Virus record (IMG/VR): IMGVR_UViG_3300025391_000020
Location: 1-53,205 of that record
Strand: one strand, 5' to 3'
Source of the DNA: a virus
Taxonomy: Duplodnaviria > Caudoviricetes
Length of the DNA stretch: 53,205 nucleotides
Each line of letters opens with the position of its first letter. The first letter of the stretch is position 1. A program made the position numbers and the translations under genes. The notes below the pieces were generated by a model. The model saw only the letters and a list, made by a program, of their open reading frames with translations. It was not told where the DNA came from and did not search any database. Below are positions 46,894 through 53,205 of the stretch, piece by piece.

Positions 46894-47787
46894 GTGGATC
46901 CACTAACCCTATTTGCCTTGGCCAACGGAGCTGTTGCTGCCGTTAAGAAAGGATGTCAATTATACAAAGACATCAAAGGTGCCGCAGGTGATGTTAAGGC
47001 CGTTCTCAAAGATCTCGACGATCAATTCCATAAAGCACATCCCCCTGGTACTCCAGTATCAGTAGAGGTAAAGAATCAATTTGTTCAAGAAAAAAATCGT
47101 GTTATAGAATTAAACAAGCGTGACGGTGAAACCGCAGGTATATATACCGAACTTGGTAATTATCTTGGGGACTTTTTTGATGCCATGACAAAATGTATGG
47201 CAGTCATAGAAGAAGAAGAACGCAAAAATCGTGAAGAGCTTTATGAAGGCGAAAGTAGTTTAGGTAAAAGAGCACTCCAACTTGTACTAATGAAAAAACA
47301 ATTAGAACAAATGCAGGTTGAATTACGCGAAATGATGATCTACAATGCACCCCCTGAATTAGGTGCACTTTGGACTGATGTCAGCGAAATGATGAAATCA
47401 ATGGGTGCTGAACAAAAATTCTTACTTAAGAAAAAACTACGAGACGAAGAAAGAATAGCGGCTAGAAGACGAGCCAAATTTAAACTTTATATGACCGAAT
47501 TAAGTTACGGTGGAATAGCGTTTGCATTAGTGATTGCTATGGTAATTTTAATGGCGTGGGTGTCACATGATAGACGACAACGATGGCCTGAACTAGAACC
47601 CGATGTTCTTGCACAAAAACGAGAAGAAAGAAAAAAATTAAAATTAATAGAATTAGAAGAATGGCAAGCAAAACAAAAAGCTGAAGATGAATATTATATT
47701 AAACATCAACAAGATTTTGTTAATTCACAACGAGTCAAAGAAGCTAATGATGATTTGAAAAATGAAGATAAACCAGGAGAACAGTAA
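46894..47787 (+). CDS. coiled-coil membrane protein
   Basis: GTG start with GGAG SD; one TM near C-terminus. Confidence 0.75.
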   Translation: MDPLTLFALANGAVAAVKKGCQLYKDIKGAAGDVKAVLKDLDDQFHKAHPPGTPVSVEVKNQFVQEKNRVIELNKRDGETAGIYTELGNYLGDFFDAMTKCMAVIEEEERKNREELYEGESSLGKRALQLVLMKKQLEQMQVELREMMIYNAPPELGALWTDVSEMMKSMGAEQKFLLKKKLRDEERIAARRRAKFKLYMTELSYGGIAFALVIAMVILMAWVSHDRRQRWPELEPDVLAQKREERKKLKLIELEEWQAKQKAEDEYYIKHQQDFVNSQRVKEANDDLKNEDKPGEQ

Positions 47788-47917
47788 TAGCCACAGTCCA
47801 TAATCCCAACCCTACTGCGGTCATTAACCAAAAGAATGTTTCAAAAGGGAGATCAAGTACCCAATCTGTAAAACTATCATTATTTTTTTGATTATCATCT
47901 TCAATTTCTTCTTGCAT
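47744..47917 (-). CDS. small antisense-strand membrane protein (57 aa, absent from ORF track)
   Basis: MQEEIEDD...FFWLMTAVGLGLWTVAITVLLVYL; GTAAATA 5 nt upstream. Confidence 0.5.
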   Translation of the reverse strand: MQEEIEDDNQKNNDSFTDWVLDLPFETFFWLMTAVGLGLWTVAITVLLVYLHFSNHH

Positions 47918-48009
47918 TCAAATATTTACTGGTAGATTAAGCATATATTACATAGCAGATAATTCCTGCCAATAAAAATAAATAATAGTACACCAACATG
48001 GAGTAACAA

Positions 48010-48657
48010 ATGGCTGACGAACAACCAATTAGCGCAAGTGAGCAGAAAAAAGAAGACTGGATGAATAGCAAGTGGCGTCCTATGATGGGATGGATGTACA
48101 TGCTAGTCTGTACCATGGACTTTGTAGGATTTCCTATTTTGTGGAGTTTATTACAAGGATTAGATCACGGTAATGTGTCAAGCCAATGGCAACCATTGAC
48201 TCTACAGGGTGCAGGATTATTTCATATTGCTATGGGTGCTGTTATAGGTATCAGTGCATATGGACGAACACAAGAGAAATTAGGCGGGGCGGCTGGACCA
48301 ACTATGAACTTCCCGCAAGGAGCAGGAACAACCTATGTACCACCCGGACAAGGTAATGTCAATGTAAGTAACCAACCAAATATGGGTGGGGGTTTTGGAG
48401 GAGCAAGCAATGGCGGATTTGGGACACCAGCAAGCGGGGCGCCAGCATTTGGCACACCTGCGTCAGGAGGATTCGGCAGTTCCAGCAGTGGTTTTGGTTC
48501 AGCACCGGCCGCAGGAGGCTTTGGTAGCAGTACAGGAGCTGGAGCAACAACGACTGGCTTTGGCTCAGCCCCAGCAGCCGCACCAGTCACAGGTCAAGTA
48601 GCTGTAGGATTTGGTGGTAAACCAGCCCCAGTACCTGCACCGGATCCAGTAATTTAA
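48010..48657 (+). CDS. holin-like membrane protein (3TM/GTA-holin type) with FG-rich tail
   Basis: WRPMMGWMY, G.SAYGRTQEK; Gly/Phe low-complexity C-terminus. Confidence 0.7.
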   Translation: MADEQPISASEQKKEDWMNSKWRPMMGWMYMLVCTMDFVGFPILWSLLQGLDHGNVSSQWQPLTLQGAGLFHIAMGAVIGISAYGRTQEKLGGAAGPTMNFPQGAGTTYVPPGQGNVNVSNQPNMGGGFGGASNGGFGTPASGAPAFGTPASGGFGSSSSGFGSAPAAGGFGSSTGAGATTTGFGSAPAAAPVTGQVAVGFGGKPAPVPAPDPVI

Positions 48658-48673
48658 AAAAAAAGGGTATAAC

Positions 48674-48880
48674 ATGAAAAAAATATTAGCATTATTAATT
48701 GTAGCCTGTATGGCCAGCACTGTATTTGCCGAGGCTGAAGTAAAAACTGTGTGTCATGATAAACTTGACAAAGCAGGTAAACCAATTACAGGTAAAGATG
48801 GTAAAACTGTACAAGATTGTAAAAAAATCAAAGTACATAAAAAACTAGAAGGCGATGACGCAGTTCCAGTTAAGAAATAA
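48674..48880 (+). CDS. small secreted protein
   Basis: signal peptide, two Cys, Lys-rich. Confidence 0.7.
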   Translation: MKKILALLIVACMASTVFAEAEVKTVCHDKLDKAGKPITGKDGKTVQDCKKIKVHKKLEGDDAVPVKK

Positions 48881-48886
48881 TAACTG

Positions 48887-48930
48887 TTGACAATCTACAA
48901 AAGGTATAGTATACTTTACTATACCTTTTT
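48887..48930 (+). promoter_or_regulatory. sigma70 promoter overlapping a 13-bp hairpin (terminator/operator)
   Basis: TTGACA-17nt-TATACT; AAAAGGTATAGTA/TACTATACCTTTT. Confidence 0.75.
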
Positions 48931-48935
48931 CTATT

Positions 48936-49772
48936 ATGGCAGATCATTATCAAACTTTGGGCGTAGATCGTAACGCCTCACAAGATGAAATCAAACGAGC
49001 ATACCGCAAATTAGCGGCACAGCATCACCCCGACAAGGGAGGTGACACTGCTAAGTTTCAAGAAATATCTGCGGCCTATGACACACTAAGTAACCCAGAG
49101 AAAAAAGAACAATACGATAATCCTCAACCACAATTCCAAAATGCTCCCGGTGGATTTCCGGGAGGATTCCATTTCCATACAGGAGGTGGTATTCCTCCAG
49201 GATTTGAAGATATATTTGCACAATTTGGAATGTTTGGACAAAGGCAACAACCTAGAAACAGAACATTGAATATACAAACTACTATTTCTTTAGAAGAAGC
49301 ATTTCATGGTAAAGATTTAGTTGCCACTCTCGGACTACCTAGCGGACGAGAACAAGTAGTCGAAATTAAAATACCTGCAGGTACACATGACGGATTGGTA
49401 TTACGATTAGCAGGTATGGGCGATGATAGTGTTCCAAATGCACCTAGAGGTGATATACATTTAACAGTTAGTGTATTAGAACACACACTATTTCGAAGAC
49501 AAGGCGATGACTTAATTCGCAATGTAGAAATCAGTTGCATAGACGCCATGCTAGGTAAAAACATCTTTGTAGACACCATAGATGGTAAAACTTTAGAAAT
49601 GACTGTTCGTCCTGGAACACAACCTGGACAGATACTTTCTGCCGCAGGTTATGGTATGCCTAAGCTCAATGATAATAGATTCAAAGGGAGATTATTAATG
49701 CCCGTAAATATCAAAATTCCTACTTTCTTAACCGATGAACAAAAAAGAATCCTTCAACAAAACTTTCAGTAA
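48936..49772 (+). CDS. dnaJ: DnaJ-class chaperone (CbpA-like, no zinc finger)
   Basis: J domain with HPD, G/F region, C-terminal substrate domain. Confidence 0.92.
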   Translation: MADHYQTLGVDRNASQDEIKRAYRKLAAQHHPDKGGDTAKFQEISAAYDTLSNPEKKEQYDNPQPQFQNAPGGFPGGFHFHTGGGIPPGFEDIFAQFGMFGQRQQPRNRTLNIQTTISLEEAFHGKDLVATLGLPSGREQVVEIKIPAGTHDGLVLRLAGMGDDSVPNAPRGDIHLTVSVLEHTLFRRQGDDLIRNVEISCIDAMLGKNIFVDTIDGKTLEMTVRPGTQPGQILSAAGYGMPKLNDNRFKGRLLMPVNIKIPTFLTDEQKRILQQNFQ

Positions 49773-49780
49773 ATATTTGT

Positions 49781-50296
49781 ATGTTAAAAATAATTAAATT
49801 TCCCAATGAAATATTAAGACAAAAAGTCGAAGAGTTTGATTTCGAAAACTGCATTCTTGATCCGGAAAAATTAGAAGCAGAACTAATCGAAACTATGTTT
49901 GCACACGACGGCATCGGACTTGCTGCCACACAAGTTGGAATAACTGTGCGGGTGTTTGCTATGGGACACAAGGATCATCCAGAAACTGCACAAGCGTTCT
50001 TTAATCCTATGGTCGTAAAAACCACAGACACTGTAGAAGATCTGGAAGAAGGATGTTTGAGTTTTCCAGGTGTTTATGTTAATATAAAGCGTCCTACAAA
50101 AATACTGGCTCGTTGGCAAAACTCAAAAGGTGAATGGCAAGAATCAGAATTTGATGGATACAACTGTAAATGTTTCCTACACGAATTGGATCATTTAGAA
50201 GGTATAGTTTTTCAAGATAGAGTTAGCACTCTTAAATGGGCGTTAGCAGTTAAAAAAACAAAAAAAGGAAAGAAACATAATGTTAGAACCAAATAA
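49781..50296 (+). CDS. def: peptide deformylase
   Basis: GIGLAATQVG, EGCLS, HELDH. Confidence 0.95.
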   Translation: MLKIIKFPNEILRQKVEEFDFENCILDPEKLEAELIETMFAHDGIGLAATQVGITVRVFAMGHKDHPETAQAFFNPMVVKTTDTVEDLEEGCLSFPGVYVNIKRPTKILARWQNSKGEWQESEFDGYNCKCFLHELDHLEGIVFQDRVSTLKWALAVKKTKKGKKHNVRTK

Positions 50297-52553
50297 AGAT
50301 TTGGAAGAAATCTTTGAAAATGCCGTACAGGTAGCTAGTGTTAATAAACATGAATATATTACCCTAGAGCATTTTTTACTTAGTATGCTCAATAACGAAT
50401 CGTTTGTAGGGATATTAACTGAATTTGGCACAGATGTTAAAGTCTTCAAAGAAGAAGTTGAAAATTATATCAACAATGAATATCAAACTATTACATCAAA
50501 CGAAGATGTTAAACCCAAGAAAACTGTTACTGTTGATAGAGTACTAAATCGTGCATTCACTCATGTTTTATTCAGTGGTCGACAAATTATAGAACCAGTT
50601 GATTGTTTTATCAGTATCTTTGCTGAGAAGAAAAGTCATGCAAATTATTTTATTCGTAAAGCTAACATTGACAAAGATACATTTATTAATTTTGTTAAGA
50701 AAGATGTTATCAATGAAGATGGTGAGACAGCCAGCACTTCGGGGAATAATACACAGTTAGAAAGATTGATACTACAATTTTGTACCAATTTATCAGCTCG
50801 TGCTAAGAGTAAAAAGATTGATCCTGTGATAGGTCGAGAAAAAGAAATTGAAGAAATAGAACTTGTTCTCGCCCGTAGAACCAAAGCCAATGCTATTTTA
50901 ATTGGAGATCCAGGTGTAGGTAAAACTGCTATTGCAGAAGGACTAGCCCGTAAAATCTTTGAGGGCACTGTGCCCAAATTTATTCAAGATTACACAGTTT
51001 ATAGTTTAGATATCAGTGCCCTACTTGCAGGTAGTAAGTATCGTGGTGACTTTGAAGAAAGACTCAAAGCAGTGTTACACGGTTTAGAGAAAAAAGGCAA
51101 ATCAATATTGTTCATTGATGAAGCACATATGATGAATGGTGCTGGTGCAGGCGGGGGCGGCAGTACCAATGATATGGCTAATATGCTGAAGTCTGCATTA
51201 ACCAAAGGCAACATCAAAGTTATTGCCAGTACCACATGGGAAGAATATCGTAAACACTTTGAAAAGGATCGTGCATTGATGCGCAGATTCCAGCGTGTGG
51301 TTATTGATGAACCTAATGAAGCAACTGCTATTAAGATCATTAAAGGTCTTAAAAAGTATTATGAAAAACACCACGGTGTTAAAATTACCAATCAAGCAGT
51401 TATTGACTCTGTTAAGTATTCTATCAAATACATCAGTGATAAGAAACTTCCCGACAAAGCAATTGACCTAATTGATTGTGCAAGTGCTCGCTTCAAAGTG
51501 CGTGATGAAGAAGGTGGCATTGTTGATCATGACGAAATCTTATTTGAAATCAGCAAGATTGCTAATATCCCGCTTGAACAAATTAATAACAAAGAAGGTA
51601 ACAATCTTATCAACCTTGAAAAGAACATGAAAGAAAAAGTGTTTGGTCAAGAATCTGCTATTGATAGTTTGTTAGACAAGGTGTTTATTGCACAGTCAGG
51701 ATTAAAATCATTGAACAAACCAGTTGGTAGTTTTTTGTTTGTGGGGCCTACTGGTGTTGGTAAAACTGAAGCCGCTAAACAACTGGCCACTAACATGGGC
51801 ATTAAACTTGTAAGATTTGATATGAGTGAGTATCAAGAACAACACTCTGTTGCTAAGTTTATTGGTAGCCCTCCCGGATATGTGGGATTTGAAGATAATG
51901 CAGGACAACTTGTAACCAGCTTACAAGAACATCCTAACTGTGTCTTACTTTTAGATGAAGTAGAAAAAGCACATCCAAGTGTACTTACTGTATTACTACA
52001 ATTGATGGATAATGGATTTATTACAGGTAGCAATGGTAAGAAAGCAGATGGTCGCAATGCTATTATCATCATGACTTCAAACTTAGGTGCCGCTGATGCT
52101 GAAAAGAATGCTGTAGGCTTTGGTAGTCTAGAGCGTGACAGCGATCCTAAAGATGCTGTAAACAAATTCTTTAGCCCAGAATTCCGCAATCGTTTAGATG
52201 GTACAATACGATTTGGCAAATTGGATCCAAAGACCATGGCTAAGATTGTCAAGAAGTTTATTGATGAACTCAACGAACTTATCAAAGACAAGAACATTCA
52301 TATTAAACCTACAGTTGAAGCAGTTGAATATTTGATCAGCAAAGGCTTTGACAGCAAGATGGGTGCTCGTCCTTTACAGCGTGTTATTGATAATATGATC
52401 AAGAAACCTCTGAGTAAAGAAATATTATTTGGTAAGCTAGTTAATGGCGGAGTCGTAGAGATTTCTGTTGAAAATGACGCTCTTAAAATTAATGTCATTG
52501 ATGTACTTCCAGTAAAGGTAAAAAGTGAATCACCAGAAGTTTCCGACATCTAA
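50280..52553 (+). CDS. clpA: ATP-dependent Clp protease ATP-binding subunit ClpA
   Basis: Clp N domain, two AAA+ modules (GDPGVGKT, GPTGVGKT), no ClpB M-domain, VGF ClpP-binding loop. Confidence 0.93.
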   Translation: MLEPNKDLEEIFENAVQVASVNKHEYITLEHFLLSMLNNESFVGILTEFGTDVKVFKEEVENYINNEYQTITSNEDVKPKKTVTVDRVLNRAFTHVLFSGRQIIEPVDCFISIFAEKKSHANYFIRKANIDKDTFINFVKKDVINEDGETASTSGNNTQLERLILQFCTNLSARAKSKKIDPVIGREKEIEEIELVLARRTKANAILIGDPGVGKTAIAEGLARKIFEGTVPKFIQDYTVYSLDISALLAGSKYRGDFEERLKAVLHGLEKKGKSILFIDEAHMMNGAGAGGGGSTNDMANMLKSALTKGNIKVIASTTWEEYRKHFEKDRALMRRFQRVVIDEPNEATAIKIIKGLKKYYEKHHGVKITNQAVIDSVKYSIKYISDKKLPDKAIDLIDCASARFKVRDEEGGIVDHDEILFEISKIANIPLEQINNKEGNNLINLEKNMKEKVFGQESAIDSLLDKVFIAQSGLKSLNKPVGSFLFVGPTGVGKTEAAKQLATNMGIKLVRFDMSEYQEQHSVAKFIGSPPGYVGFEDNAGQLVTSLQEHPNCVLLLDEVEKAHPSVLTVLLQLMDNGFITGSNGKKADGRNAIIIMTSNLGAADAEKNAVGFGSLERDSDPKDAVNKFFSPEFRNRLDGTIRFGKLDPKTMAKIVKKFIDELNELIKDKNIHIKPTVEAVEYLISKGFDSKMGARPLQRVIDNMIKKPLSKEILFGKLVNGGVVEISVENDALKINVIDVLPVKVKSESPEVSDI

Positions 52554-53205
52554 GTTATTCTACGGTAAATGGCCCTACAAGATTCTTTGTATAGTAAAAG
52601 AATCTTGGAAGATCAAACGAATGGGTGTGGATAAAACCATTGAATACTGTTACAATCCAAGGAATACTTTTTATGCTAACAAATGGAGAGGTAACCCTAC
52701 AGATATAAGTCGCTTGTTGAAATTTACCACTGCGGTTGAACCTTTCCTGTCAAAAGAAATACAGGTTAGAGCAGAGAATAGTATGTTTAATATCTACTGT
52801 AAAGACCAAACACTGTATAATGATATGGTTACTCAGTTAGATGAGTTTATTACAGAGGTTCATGAACCTATTAATATCTACGAACTAGATTACATAGTTG
52901 ATAATGGTGCTAAAAAAATCCTATGTAATCAATTACCGCATAAAAAATATCAGTATAGAGTTTGGATAAAGCCATCATTTAAGCCCGATGCTAGACTTAA
53001 TTTTAGTATTTGGCTTGCAAATTACCAAGATCGTGTATTATCCAACAACAGTACAATTAAATGGTTTAACAGTCAAGGCAGGTACTGGAGTGATCAACCT
53101 AGTATATACATCAAAGATTCAGCAACATTAAGCATGGTAGGACTGTATCTAGGCAATAACCTACAAAAAGTTGAAGAATTTATTCCAAGATCTAATATAA
53201 ATATT
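52525..53205 (+). CDS. hypothetical protein (3' truncated by window)
   Basis: GTG-start frame open to the window end, 227 codons. Confidence 0.7.
   Translation, partial: MNHQKFPTSKLFYGKWPYKILCIVKESWKIKRMGVDKTIEYCYNPRNTFYANKWRGNPTDISRLLKFTTAVEPFLSKEIQVRAENSMFNIYCKDQTLYNDMVTQLDEFITEVHEPINIYELDYIVDNGAKKILCNQLPHKKYQYRVWIKPSFKPDARLNFSIWLANYQDRVLSNNSTIKWFNSQGRYWSDQPSIYIKDSATLSMVGLYLGNNLQKVEEFIPRSNINI

Noticed and set aside
50645-52549. Long antisense ORFs within clpA and other conserved genes
   Set aside because: Typical reverse-frame shadows of strongly coded genes; no independent signals
1-53205. Stop-codon reassignment as seen in some large phages
   Set aside because: Known genes are full length in the standard code and TAA, TGA and TAG all appear as stops
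1-53205. tRNA or rRNA genes
   Set aside because: Intergenic gaps are short and no cloverleaf with a T-loop GTTCRA in proper context was seen by eye
1-53205. Bacterial chromosome origin (clpA, clpP, dnaJ, def, folE, sod)
   Set aside because: These genes are interleaved with tail fibres, a lysis cassette, T4-style late promoters and dense small hypotheticals, which indicates a phage genome

Overview
AT-rich, gene-dense 53 kb segment of a large tailed dsDNA phage (jumbo/T4-like myovirus style, probably aquatic), standard genetic code, almost all genes on +. About 1-25 kb: early/middle accessory genes with sigma70-type promoters, sugar-nucleotide and glycosyltransferase genes (ugd, UDP-glucuronate decarboxylase, GT4, GT2), 7-deazaguanine/pterin genes (folE, queD), clpP, uvsE, a SOD and many small hypotheticals. 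About 25-38 kb: tail/baseplate/collagen-like fibre genes and glycan-modifying enzymes under TAAATA late promoters. About 38-53 kb: DnaE fragment, groES, cytidylyltransferase, clamp loader, phoH, a lysis cassette and a dnaJ-def-clpA module. The top candidate for an undescribed system is the 10.5-13.4 kb array of small MNERI..KFAELIV.EC..HFGVEE genes: two nucleotide-conserved boxes alternate with unrelated variable segments, with captured passenger ORFs, suggesting a recombination-shuffled scaffold library. Also notable: a GIY-YIG endonuclease insertion that replaced the 3' end of queD, leaving the displaced end as a re-started mini-ORF; related pseudoknot-like leaders before folE and queD; an unlisted R67/DfrB-like DHFR ORF; and promoter-in-hairpin and leaderless late-gene architectures. 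No tRNA, rRNA or CRISPR array was seen. All calls are from motif recognition by eye, with no database searches.
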